Shown here: positions 1 through 14,445 of the stretch, one piece after another
How positions within the stretch are numbered: the first letter of the stretch is position 1
Layout of the letters: each line of letters begins with the position of its first letter
Translations under genes and position numbers: made by a program
DNA from: the human T2T-CHM13v2.0 reference genome, Homo sapiens
Reading direction: 5' to 3' (one strand)
Assembly (NCBI RefSeq): GCF_009914755.1
Contig: NC_060932.1
Length of the DNA: 64,000 bases
The notes under the pieces: generated by a model
Database searches by the model: none
Told to the model about the DNA's origin: nothing
The model's input: only the letters and a program-made list of their open reading frames with translations

Positions 1-160
1 AAAACCCTGCAGAAACTATATCCTGAATCACCACATGGAAGGCTATGAGTTTTCCTGCATTAAACTATTATGTGAGCAAAACCCACCCATTTTAAAACAT
101 TCAGTCAATGACTCTGGGGGATTTATATGTTATACCAATTACAGTTACCCTAACTGTATA
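1..160 (+). mobile_element. 3' part of an old MaLR LTR (MLT1-type), cut by the window edge
   Basis: Ends with a degenerate MLT1-like terminus (...gggatttatatgttata...ttaccctaactgtatac). Confidence 0.45.
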
Positions 161-189
161 CCTCTTTTTTTTTCTGTTTTGTTTCCCCC

Positions 190-437
190 CTCAAAATTTA
201 TCTCCTAATGAGACATTCTCCTGTTACTCTATTTAAAATCTTAGCCCTCTTTCCTAACTTCTCACATCTCCCTCTGGTTTGTTTTACTGTTCTCTTTCAC
301 ACTTATTACTATCACATCCCATATATTTTATGTAAGCTCCAAGAAGGTGGGGATTTATGTATCAGTTCTTCACAGCTGTATCTGCTGGGTTTAGAAGAGT
401 GCTGGCATGTAGTAAAGGTTTACTGAATAAATGCATG
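190..437 (+). mobile_element. L2 3' end fragment
   Basis: tgtaagctccaagaaggtggggat...gtgctggcatgtagtaaa...tgaataaatg is the typical L2a terminus. Confidence 0.65.
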
Positions 438-2544
438 ACTCGGTATGCAGAATGGATTAGATGGAAAGACAGGACACAATGAGCACAACTAATAGAATTT
501 ATTAAATGCAATAATCTAAAGGAGAGAAAATAAAAACTTTAAGTAGACTAATGACAATAGAAATGAAAGAAGGTGGTAAATGCTCAAGTCTTTCAGAGAT
601 AGAAACCACATGGCATGAAACGTATTAAGGAACAAGGTAGTGAGAAAGATGCTAATGAAATCATCTTCAGCAACTAGACTGAGTAGAGAGAATATGAAGC
701 AGTTAGCAGAATGATGGAAGTCAGGAATAAATATAATTTAGGAAAGATTATAAGTTCAATTTTGAATCTGGCATTTAAATTCCTTCCATAATCACATGGC
801 CTAATCACATAGTCAAGAATGCTGCAGTCCTAAGGATAAACCCCAGGAGTTAGAGGTAGAGGAATGTTATGGGAGATATTTCCAAATGAAACAGGGATAT
901 CACAGTTTTATGCCAATGAGATATATTGAATAACTTTCTGTGGAATGAAAAAAATTGGCAAACCAACCAGTTTTAATTCAAGGTTATTTCTCTATTTAGT
1001 TTATGTCTTTTAGAGACCCACAAGTGAACACTTAGAGAGGATTACAATGTTATTGACATTATTATATTAGAAAATCTTAGGCATAGAAATTCATTTATAA
1101 TAGACCAGTAGGGATAAGTTTACTACCTTCAGTATCTTCAAAACTCTTGAGAATTGAATGGATCTTATCTTTATGGCTGAAAATAAACCTAGAGTACTTC
1201 ATTACTGTTTCTTAATAACAAAGCCCTTTTGCAAACAAGCAGGACATGAGCAGAACTTAAGATGAGTAATCACATCCATACAGTTTAGATGATCAATCAT
1301 CTTATATATGCATAAAATATTAAACATAATGAACATGTTAGGGCACTATTGATCTATTCCAGTCCAACTCACAACAAAACATGAATGGTTTCTTAGTGAT
1401 TGAGAGCATTTATTAGACCCTAGGGTTTATACACGTGAATAAGTAGAAAGTCTTCAATGTATGACTTCCAGTAGAGATTGGGCAGCTAAACTCCTAACTC
1501 ACCAAAGAAAGAGTACAGTTAGCACTTGCTATTGAATTAATACAAAAAATCTGGTCTATAATAGGTCATATATTTACAGCTGTCCTACTTGCAGTGTCAA
1601 TGTTATAGCCTTGAATTTTATTCCATCTACAAGGATCAGAAATCAGGGATAGTCTGGCTGCCTAGCTTCCATTATAGAAATCAATCTGCACCATCTAGCT
1701 TTTTTTCTCAACTTCCTTGCTGTCTGCTTTTCACCCTTGCTTTTTCTTTATCCACCTTGCCTCCTTCCCTCCACGACCCTGGGGCCACATTGTACACTAT
1801 GTCACTGTATTTGTTCATGCTCTATCCTAGTCTCTCCATGTGGGATGTCTGTCCTTTCCTTCTTACCCAGAAAACTCCTACCCATCCTTTAAGGCAGAGT
1901 TTCTCCAAGTATGGTCAGAAGAATCTAAAGCACTTGAATTCAGATAATTTGGAAAAAGTGTTAATTTTGTACAGAAATTTTTAACAATTTGAAAATCTCC
2001 TTTAGAAGACCTGTTTCTGGGCTTGTGATGATCGGTTCCATTCTGTCACTGTGTTGCAGCAGATAAGCAATTGTTCGTGCTAGTGGGCTGGCCTCATATA
2101 CATACCTGCAGTCTGACTGTCCATATAGGATGCCTAATAATTACTACATACAGGTTGTTAGGCTTGGCAATGACAGATTCTGCAGCGTTAGAGTTAATTA
2201 TCCCAGAGTGTGGGGAGGGGAATTCAAGTGCCTTAGAATTGTTTGGGTCTCCCCAGACCCAGTGGGCTCCTTGATCCACACCGGCAAGCTATTGCCACTA
2301 TATCCATGTGCCTGTCTAAGCAGTTAAAGAAAGCATTAAGGAGCTTCCCGATTCAGCTGAATTCTTCATTTGGCATTTATTCTTTTCACTCTTCAATGCT
2401 TATCCCATAGAGAAAAGTAATGACAACGACTTCTTCCAGGACTTTGTTATCAGTTTTGCCAATATTAAAATGAGATCAGTCTGGTAAATCAATAACTCTG
2501 GTGATTCTTATGAACACAAAAGTTTAAGTACTTGTTTAAGATCT

Positions 2545-3047
2545 TGGCAGACTGCTGCAGTAATGAGTCTGTCTCAATTTATTCATACCTCTCTTTGCTG
2601 TGTGACTTGCCATCCCTCCTATCAAGAGCTGAATCTATTTTTCCATTCCTTGAATCTGGTCTTGGCTATGTGAGTTACTTTGACCAATGGATCAACAACA
2701 AATGTGTCACTAAAAGAAGCTTAATACAGGTTTGTGCATTAAAACTTTCCCTTTCTTGCTGCAGGAAATCCTTTCTCCACGTGCATGACCCCAGGCTAGC
2801 TTGTTGGAGGAGGAGAAACTATTTGAGAGAGGATCCAACCATTCCAGCTGCCTCATCTATGCTATCCATAGACATATATCCCCAGACATAACAGTAAGGT
2901 TATTCTAAACCTCCATTTGCAGCTAATGAAGCCCAGACTAGAGGCACTACATAGCCAATCCATAGATGTGTAAGCTATAATATGTATATATTTTAAGCCA
3001 CTATGTTTTGAGGTGGTTTGTTTAGGGGTAAAAACAAACTGATTCAA
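2545..3047 (+). mobile_element. MaLR solo LTR (MLT1F-like)
   Basis: Internal motifs ctcctatcaagag / ccttgaatctgg / actttgaccaat, and a 3' end ttttaagccactatgttttgaggtggtttg...aactgattca. Confidence 0.75.
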
Positions 3048-3149
3048 TGGCTTAGTTCAAAAGAACTTATTTCTTCACCTCCCTCCACTGCAGAGCACAC
3101 CCACTCTGTCTGCTCTGTTCTTCCAGAATATTATATTTACAATATTAAT

Positions 3150-3335
3150 GAAATAAATCACGGTTCTGGGTATGAAGTTCTAGACACTGCACTAATACTC
3201 ACCATATCTATAGGAAATTTAATGGCATCTCCACTTTATAGACATGGAAACTGAGACTCAAGGAGGTTATTTAAATTGCTCAAGGTCATGCAGGTAGAAA
3301 CAATGGTGGATGCAGTATTTGAATCCAGCTCATGT
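3150..3335 (-). mobile_element. MIR fragment
   Basis: ccactttatagacatggaaactgagactcaaggaggtta...tgctcaaggtca is the reverse complement of the MIR core. Confidence 0.7.
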
Positions 3336-4125
3336 GTTAGTAACTAGGATTCATGTTGAGTCAACTCTCATGTATTTAGTCACCAGGCTTTACAGAATTG
3401 AACTACAATGATACAAGTTGAATATAAGTTTGCCTTCACTGTAGATTCCAAGTACTTTAAAATTCAAGATAGTTTTTCATTTGTCATTTTAATCAGATAC
3501 TGGGCTCAACATCTGTTATAACAAACATGTTTAATACATATTTATAGAATAAAATTGACCTTTAACATTATATTTACCTTCCCTATCCCTATTTCTTGTT
3601 TGTCATTGTTCAACTTTTTGCCTACCACCTGACCAAAAAACAAAACAAAAAGACAAAAGCTACATTTTTATGGCTCCAAGTACTCTGAACTGTAGCATCC
3701 TTTAAGATGGCTTTCACAGGTCCATGCTACTTTTAGGTCTTTTTACCTTGGTTTTATGCCCTTGCTGTAATAGCCACATGGAAATGCTTCTGGATGTCCA
3801 GATAGTTCTATGGCTCACTTAGATATCAAGGCCTTGGTGTCTACTATAAAGGAATATTACAAGAACAAGATACAGGTACAAACTGTAAATATCAGGCTCT
3901 AACTTTACATAGGAATAGTATTTATTAAAATTTTTATTCTGGTTCAAATTTCCTCCATCTCTATTAAATGAACCAATCACTTTAAAACCATCCATGCTGT
4001 GTTGTCATTCTATTTAAATGAGGACTGTGATACTATGCCTGGCTTAAGCACAGTACATTCAAGACTGTTTTTTTTTTTCTTTACGCACACTGCTGACAGC
4101 ATTATCCAGTGAATTTTCAGTATCT

Positions 4126-4128
<3 letters not shown>

Positions 4129-4166
<38 letters not shown>
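4129..4166. repeat. (TG)n microsatellite, about 19 units
   Basis: Uninterrupted tg run read directly. Confidence 0.98.
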
Positions 4167-4168
<2 letters not shown>

Positions 4169-5643
4169 TTCGGAAGAGAAAGAACAAATGATATCATTTA
4201 TGTGAGAGATGAAGAAACAAGAGTCTGGAAGACTTTTTAGCTCTTCCTGAAAGGACATGAGCAGGAAAACAAGACAAAAGTCACAATTCCCTTGAATTAA
4301 GTCCCATTTTTCCTCCAGGCAGGCCTGGCTTTGATTTAAAATCAAGATCTTCAAGTTTTTTCCCAAGGTTTTGGAGTCTTCAAAAAATGGATCCTGTTTC
4401 CAGGCAGTTTTCCCTTTACTTTAGGGGAAATTTAAACAAATCCAGTATTTCTTATTCAAGTAAGCTTAAATCATTTTTAAAAATTAAAATGTACTCAATG
4501 CCCAAAAGTGTTTAAGAATTTTAATTTGTCTTTTGTCCCATTCCTTAGAATTACTTTTCAAATGGTTTGGATTTAGCCAAACCTAAAATAGATTTTTGCC
4601 AAGAGTCTTTTCTCCCCCCTTAATTTTTAAACCCATGTGTATTTTAAGGGAAATTTAATACATATGCTTCTAATTCATGTGCACTTAACTCATCAGAATG
4701 TTCTTTTGTAAGACCTGTTTGAAGTTTAAGAAGTCTTTTTGGAGCCTCCTTTTAATAAGTCTTTTCAAGCCTTTATTCTTAGAAGCAGGAAGTCACATTT
4801 TGCCAGGAGAAAATGAATTTCAACCCCCAAAGGTTCACATTTAGTCCAAAACTAGCAGCCAAGCCACTTTGTGAGCAACTTAAAAAAATGAGTTACTTTG
4901 CCCCTAGGATAAAGTTGTTTTATTTTTTAGGCCCCAAACTCAGAAAACATAAACAGAGTTTTATTCATCTTATTTCCACATATTAAGGTTGTCAATGATA
5001 TTTGTGAATGAAGATAACTTTAAAATAAATATAACTCTAAATGCATCCTAACATTCCCTTAAGATTTACTAATAGATTTTGTGAATAAGCTGATAAGATT
5101 ATTTCCTCAAAATAAAAACAAAACAAAACACAAAATGTAGTAGATATTGAGTCAAAAATAAATGATAATGAGAGGGGTGGAGTGAGATATGGAGAGAGAT
5201 TGCTTATAGAGTAACAGATGACAACAGCTCAGTGCGTAGAAATACAGCATAACAAGGGCTTTGATGAGTTTTTATCACAGCTCCATGTGTCAGAGAATCT
5301 GACATATATGAAATATGAGGATTACAGGAGAACAAAGGGACTAAACACAAGATGCTGAACAAAATGCCATTAATGAATTATAAAGACAAGAATGACAACA
5401 GAGAAATCTCAGGGTTTAAAAAAATTACTAGTTGGGCTAGGATAATATCCCATCAGATTTATTTTTCACTTCCTGCTTACGGCCACAGCTGTTCTTTCTG
5501 GTTTTCTATCTCCCAGGTCTGGAAATGATGCCCAGGAAGACCAGTCTGCATCTGGTCCACCAAAAGAAGGGCTAGTGAGAATCACAAGATACAGCAAATC
5601 AGTTACTTTGATTTCTTTATAATGAATGATCTACCCCTGTTAA

Positions 5644-5997
<354 letters not shown>

Positions 5998-6073
5998 AAC
6001 ATTACACTTTTTATGCTGCATTCAGTTGAACAGAACATATGTGTAACCCAATGACTATCATTAAGCAACTTGT

Positions 6074-6390
<317 letters not shown>

Positions 6391-7429
6391 CTATCTGGCC
6401 TGGAACAATAATCAGAGATTAAGGAATATTTACTCATTAAATTACTCATTAAAAAGTTATGCTTGTACTAAAAAGATTTTGCTTGACTTGAAGGAAGTTC
6501 TCAGTCCACCTCTCCCTGAGAAAGCTGAGAGAGACAGAGAGACGTGGCCCTATGGTGAACCAGGGACAGGCCTGCCAGAGACGCTCATCTGCAATAACCT
6601 GCACTGTGACATTTGGAGGGAGGGCTCCTGCAGTAACAAACGTTCTCTTCTTGCTCTGTTCCCTACTCAGGGAACAAGGCCCTTGATAAAAACCAAAATA
6701 TTGCTTAGTAAATTGTGCTTGTTCCTCCTTTGCTTTGCATTCCCTCTTTTTGCTTTTCATTATCTCCCTCTGATTTTATCTAATTCCTTTCTTGGTTTCC
6801 ATCATTATTTTTATTTTCTTCCCCTACCATCTCCTTACTTCTTCCAACTTTGCATATACTTCACCCCGTTTGCATTTCTCACAAATCTGTTTCTCTGTGC
6901 CCTCCTCACATTCCATCTGTTTCTTGTCCCCAGGTTCACCTCTTCCCCTGCCTCTGACTGGTCTGGCCTGCTTTTTGTCTGCCTAGGAGCACAAAGGCAG
7001 CTGCTTTTTTTTTTTTTTTTTTTTCCTCCTAACATCCTCTTCATCCCAAGCCTCAGCTCTGCACAGTAAATTGGCAATGGCAGGAGGAAAAATTTACATT
7101 AACTCTTACTTGACAACAGAGAAGACAGGGAGAAACATACACACTCATTAGGAATCAGCTCAATGTGCACGTATAGATGTACTTGGAAACTAGCAGGTCA
7201 ACTGTGACATTAATAATTAAGTTCTCACCTGTTGATTATGCCACCACCCTGCTGAGGCATCTCACCATCATAACAAGAACAAGGCTTGAAGCAAACCAAC
7301 TACCCCAGCTTCCCATCCCCTGCAGGAATTAGACCTGTAGCCTCCTGACAGTCATGCCACCTCTTACTGAAGACTTCCAGCAGTGACCTTACTATTTCAA
7401 GAGGCCCACTGTTCAGCAGTTAGAAACTA

Positions 7430-8349
<920 letters not shown>

Positions 8350-8401
8350 TACTTATTGTCAAAGAGCTTCCTGTCACTAAGTTCAAAACAACCTTACTGT
8401 G

Positions 8402-8734
8402 TGCTATAGACTGAATGTTTATGTTTTCCCAAACTTCATATGTAGAAAAGTAATCCCCAATATGATGGTATTGGGAGGTGGGGCCTTGGGAGGTGATTCA
8501 AAAGTGGAGTACTCATGAATGAAGTTAGAGTCCTATAAGGGGGCTGAAGAGACCAGAGCTCTCCCCATCTGCCATGTGATGTTACAGTGAGAAAATGACC
8601 ATCTATGAACCACAAAGCTGGCCCTCAGAAGACATGGAGTCTACTGGTGCAGCCCCCAGAACTGTGAGAAATAAATTTCTGTTGTTTATAAACCATCCAG
8701 TTTATGGTGTTTTTGTTATGGATGGACTGAGGCA
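8402..8734 (+). mobile_element. MaLR solo LTR (MLT1A0-like)
   Basis: TG...CA termini (tgctatagactgaatg ... gactgaggca), an aataaa box, and a perfect 5-bp TSD ctgtg at 8397-8401 and 8735-8739. Confidence 0.9.
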
Positions 8735-8859
8735 CTGTGATTCCATTTATTGATCATAGGTCTCTCCTGTTGAGTATTGGAGAGGCAATCTTTTGACCAT
8801 AAGAACAGTTCTCTTACCATCCCAAGTTTCTAAGATTTTTCCAGGAGAGATATCACTGG

Positions 8860-8990
8860 CTTTCCTCATCACACTCTAAGCCCTGTGTTGGTAGGTACTG
8901 TATCTCTTTTTCACCTCGGTGTTCCCAACTCTCAACAAGGTGCCTAGCATATAGTAGGCACTAACTAAGTGTATGTTGAATAAATGAACT
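8860..8990 (+). mobile_element. L2 3' end fragment
   Basis: gtgcctagcatatagtaggcact...tgttgaataaatgaa. Confidence 0.7.
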
Positions 8991-11900
8991 AACCCTTCTT
9001 AGAGAAGAGGCAATCCTAGCTCAAGTTCACACAGCTTGAAATTGGGAGAGCCCAGATATGCATCTATCTTCTTCTCTTAAAACCCACATTTAGCCTCTTG
9101 GCTGTTTTGCTAACAACTTTCTTTGTTTATGGTGGTAATAGCTATGATATATGGAGATGCTAAGAGAACTAGCAGAACTAAAGAGGCCTGGAGTTGAGAT
9201 CAATGGCCACAGACAGCAGAGATCTTTCCAGTGGAAACTGTGGCAGGGATGCAGCCTTACCCAGTGAACACCAGCCTTACAGTGAACACCACAGCCGGAT
9301 GCTCAGAGGCAGATACAGCCAACCACAACACACCATGTGAGAGATCGTGCTTAGCCAAAGGAGAAGACGTGAGCCAGGGGCCCTCTCCAAAAGTCATTAG
9401 CATATGAAATTGTCCATAGTCCCTGAGCATCCTCTAGAGAAGGAAGAGAAAAGAGAAACTTTTTAGAGAGTCAAGTTGAAAGTTGGATTGACGGAATATT
9501 AACCCAATGAGAGTAAGTTAACCTGAAAGAGGCTCTCAAGTGTATATTCTGTCTCATTCCCTTATATAGGGAATGGGGCTTCCTGAGCAAGCTACTTTTA
9601 TTTATTTATTTATTTATTTGGCACACTTGTGAATAGTTTAAAAACTTCAATCCTTCTGTGAGGTTATGTAGTTAGTTATGATGCCTTATTATTACCCACC
9701 CAATATCACTGTAATTTATAAGATATTATTAAATTTCTGGTCAAATATACATATATATTGGAGTGAAATACTCACCTATATCTTATATACATGACTATAG
9801 GATGCATTTATGTAATATAAAAATATATGTCTTTCATTCTAATGCTGGTTCTCTTTTTCCTCTTTCTTTTTCTTTTTTTATTTTGTCTTGAATAGTTCTC
9901 TCTCATGACAGTCTTAATAAACTGTGTAATATTAACATATGGGTATCATCCCCTGTTACATATCTATTTTTATTTGAATGATGAAATATCTAATAACCTT
10001 CATTTGCCTGTTTCTGAATGTGTCAGATCATATTGATAAGTATTCAATAAACTTAAAAGCATACCTTTACTTTTGGTTTCTCAGGCAACTTCTAGCATTA
10101 ATTGCAAATTAAAACAAGTATCATTATTTTAGTTAACATGAAAATACTACAGGTATTTGTTTCATATTGTCTGTTTAGGAGAAAAAGATTTTGGTCAATT
10201 TGTATTTCTTTTTATGTTTATTTAAAACAAGCTGAGAATGAGTCATGATTGTTGTTCACTCAGTCTTGGGGAAACATAAGACTCTCTCCTCTTCTCTCAT
10301 CTTCCTCCACTCCCCATCTCAGGAGAGGTTGTAATGACCCAAGACTAAATGTAATCCTTGATATGTTGCAATGGGGCACTAATGTGGGGAGCAGAGCCTT
10401 TAGTGGGAGGATTAAAGGATTATATGTAGAACTAGAGAGCAAAATCTGTTTTCATGTTCCTTTGTTTTTTTTTTTTTTTTTTTTTGTCCATCTTTTCTTC
10501 CATTTAAATGGTTGGAATGGAGACACCAGCTGGAAGAGCATACTGTCATCCTTGGGAAGTCAAGTAGAACACTTCTGTGTAGGTCTTAGGGGAGAAATCA
10601 TCCTTTGTTCTTGATTCTTCCCCTTGTGTAACTTTCTTTTTCCTCCATCTCTGGGGTAGCTAATGCGGTAGAACAGGTCCTGGAGGTACCTCCTTCTTAT
10701 CTGGAAACACTCAAAGCTTGAATGGATTGGCACTCAGGTCTAGAGACGAAAATATGTGGAGGAGGGACTTAGGGCAGGCTCATCTCTAGGTCTTAAAGGA
10801 AACAGGTTCTCTTTTTGACATCTGGCATTCTTGTAAAGAGAGAGACAATGTTCCCATTTTATAGAAGAGTAAAATTATGTTTAGTAAGATTTAGTAATTT
10901 GTAGAATAAGTGGCAGAGATTAATCCAGGCAGCTAACTAGGAAAAAGAATCAGATAGAGATTTGCAACTAAAGCTCACCTAATAATATACAATTTCATTT
11001 GCCTGCAACATCATCTACTCCAGGGTCAGTAGTGTGGAAATGGCTGTATGAGGAAGCAGTGAAAAATTCAGGTATTTAGTTTAGATCACAGAAGTCTGCT
11101 TAGAGTTACAACTAACGAGGTAGAATGGTTCCTCATTGCAAACAGGGGATGAGAAATGTGTTTTTTTTTTCCTTCATGCCTTTCTGGGGAACCTCAGTAT
11201 TACTCAAACATTTGGTATCCAAATGTTCCCAAGATCACTGGGAGTAACCATCTGCTTCTCAATATCCCAAGTCTTCCTTTATAGCAAGAGAGATGTTCAC
11301 TGTAAGATTCTCTGTCATATTTAGGAGTCTCAGAAACTCCTCCAGACTTTTTAGAGTGTGATTTTTTTTCCATTAGTCCCATATAACTTTTTCAAATAAT
11401 AACTGTTTATATATAGATTGTCAAGTTCCAAAAGTACCTGAAGTCCTTTTTACCTACCACAAAAACATATTAAGAGATATTTAACCAGCATGATGGAAGG
11501 AAGACTATTTTCAAAAACTCACTTATAATTTCTACATGTGCTACTCACTATTCTTTATTTTAAAATAGTCTATTTATTATATTCATGGCTAAAAAAAAAA
11601 GAATATCCTCACTTGATAATTATATCTTCAAGAATCATTATATATCTACAGATATTAAGCTTATATAAGTCAGGGATAAAGTTGTTTAATTTTCAAGAAG
11701 AGGTCCAAGGCTTTATTCATCTTGGGGACTTGTTAAACAAGGTGTTTTTGTATCTAGTGTGGTTATCTTAGGATGCAAGATTGCTTTTATTTTTCCTTCT
11801 GACTGCATATGTGTACATTTAATTATAACGGCAGCAAGGCCAAGGCCAAAGATCTTTGTGTATGATCTTTCAGTCCTCTGTAGTCACCCTCTGTCTTTTC

Positions 11901-12804
11901 TTTATAAAGTCCTTGTACATACCACTCCCACTGCCCACACGCCCTAACTATCTCATCCTCTAGCTAAGTCTCAATTTCTCCCTCAGATTAGTTTTGACTA
12001 GAGCAAGAAGGCTTAGATGTGAATACAGCAGGAAGGCTTACTCTGACTTACAACCTAGATCAGATCAATCCCCACTACTCCATGTTCTTCATCCCACCTA
12101 AAAATACAGCTTTGCTTATTTCTCTTGTTGTAGTAAGTAGCAACTGCTTTGTGGTGGTAACTAACTTTTGTTTAGTACTTCAGTTTTACAAAAGCCTGCC
12201 ACATACTTCTGGGCCCCAAAACAAATTCATGTGGAGAGTGAATGGGTTAATGCTGTTGTCTACACTAAACAGAAGATAAAAACAAATCTCAGATCAATGA
12301 GGAGACTTGCCCATGATGAAATACTGAGCAGCGGCCACAGTAAGATTTAAACACAGAACTTCTGATGAAAAATCCCACTATATTTTCATCCCACTACCTC
12401 CACCCTATTGGAGAAGGAAGTTATATAGTGCACGAATTTTCTTTCTTTTCTAATGTATATTAATATTTTGCCCACATTTTAAAAAGTTGTTTTATTTAAT
12501 CTCTAGTGTGGTTTATGAAACAAGATTTTTTTGTATCGTTAGAATAACTGTCACAGTATTTGATATTCATATATTATTTGAGTATTTGTCACAAAACAAA
12601 TAAATACTCAGCCAGTTTTCAATTTTTACAACAGCCGGAGGCAGTCATAATTGATTTAGTATATAAGGGAGATAGAAAAAGAGGCTTCAGGGATACAGCA
12701 AGAATCTAAAACCACTGTAAAAAAAGAAAAAGTAAGCAAAAGTTAAGACCAAACAAAATGATTTTTCTCAAAACTTCCTCTAGTCTGAAGATTCTTTGAT
12801 GTTC

Positions 12805-12985
12805 CAGTGCTACACTGGTGCCAGTTCACTACCAGCTCCTGAGAGCCAATCATGAAATAGTCAGAAATTTTGTGAATTGGTGCCTTAAAAATTGGCCATG
12901 GTGAGAATATTTACATCACAAATATCAGCAAACAACATGAACCAGGGTGTTTTCCCCTGAGGGCAGGTTTACCAGCACAACATTG
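12805..12985. mobile_element. MER63-like hAT MITE
   Basis: Degenerate TIRs cagtgctacactgg ... ccagcacaacattg, with internal gagagccaat and gagaatatttacatcac motifs. Confidence 0.7.
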
Positions 12986-13054
12986 GGTATTGTTCATACA
13001 AAATACTAGAGAATAGATGAGAAAAAGCAATTGAATAAAAATAAGATTAAGATA

Positions 13055-13260
13055 ATAAATTTTCCTAACATTTTTTACATCTTAGAGGCTCTCATGTATT
13101 ATCTAATTTAATCTTCACCAAAAGCCATTGAAGGTGGCAGAGAAGGAACTATTTATTATCCCATTTTACACTTGAGGAAACTGAGGATCCAGCTGTTAGA
13201 GTTGGTACTGGTGGTAGTGAGGCTGGAATCAAACATTTCTGGGTCCTTCCGCAATGTCCT
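13055..13260 (-). mobile_element. MIR
   Basis: atttaatcttcac...ttattatcccattttacacttgaggaaactgagg. Confidence 0.75.
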
Positions 13261-14184
13261 CTCTGTTCACTGGGAGTACTTTATTAGGGTAACAATTTAT
13301 GCTTTGAGGGAACAGGGCAGAGACACACAAGTTTTGTGCACACTTTGCCATACTTGGAAATGGATGGGAATTCTGTTTTTGTTTTTCCACTGAAAATCTG
13401 TGGAATCTGGAATGCTTTTCCTGAAAAAAGAATCCACATGACCATGTGCTAATGTGGGTTTTTTTAGCCCTGGTTTGCCACAACCCTCTGTTTGTTTTCT
13501 CTTAAATGTTAATTTCTAATTTGAAAAACCTGCTCAGAGAATAAACACTGAACTCTTCAAGACTATTTTTAAATATCTTCTTGGTTGCTTGGTTAATTTG
13601 AGTGTGTATATATGCTGGATTGACAGTTCTAAAGATTGAAGCCATTTATTTATCCCTAGTTTAGAAATAGTACTGAAAATGTTTTTTTTCAGACATGCCC
13701 AGGCAGCCTTGTGGGGTGCCTCACACGTGGTATCATGGCAGTTACGACACTGAGAGACAAGAAAATAGTGCACGTGTCTAGGGCTGCCTTTAGTTTTTTT
13801 GGTTTAGCGTCCACAGAGGTGGGACATAGACAAATAACTGTTGGTGTTCCCTGATTATGAGGTTTTGTGCCACATGTTGGTCAAAGAAAGTGGCAGTGTT
13901 GGAATGAAAACCTCAGCTTTATAAAAATATAAGCAAATTTGCACAGATCCAATTGCACTCTTTACCACATTTCCCTCTACTGCCATGCTTTCTCACTCAA
14001 ATTTGATAAGCGTAATAGAATTTGGTGAACCACCATGAGCTGTTTGTTATAGTCATACTCTGTAACCTCATTAGATATTCAAAACTATATTAAGAAGTGG
14101 GTATAGAATCACCAATCCTCTTTTGCCATCAGAATATCAAGAAAAAACTGTGACCCAAGAGTTATCTTAGAGCATAGTGTTGAG

Positions 14185-14445
14185 AGACTACGCAGTATAG
14201 AAGCATTAAAACATTAGTATCAGAAGATATGAATTCTAATGCCCAAGAAGTATTAATTGTATAAATAAGTGAATGAATAAATAATTTGTGACCTCGTGAC
14301 TCAACAAGGGAATGATACTAGACCTGTCATCTCAAATTTCAGGCATGGGATTACGATAATACTTACTTTACAGGGTTGTAGTAAGTACTAAGGAAAATAA
14401 AGTACATGAGAGTGCTTTATAAATTGATCTATATTGTATAAATAT
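14185..14445 (+). mobile_element. MIR
   Basis: atggggattacgataatacttactttacagggttgtagtaag-like core followed by agtgcttt. Confidence 0.55.

Noticed and set aside
2017-2123. Possible C/D-box snoRNA (gtgatga ... ctga with a 5-bp terminal stem)
   Set aside because: The stem is weak and offset, there is no clear C'/D' pair or recognisable guide, and such motifs are expected by chance in 64 kb.
9252-9291. Direct repeat cagcctta(cc)cagtgaacac occurring twice
   Set aside because: Only two units. An ordinary slippage duplication, not an array.
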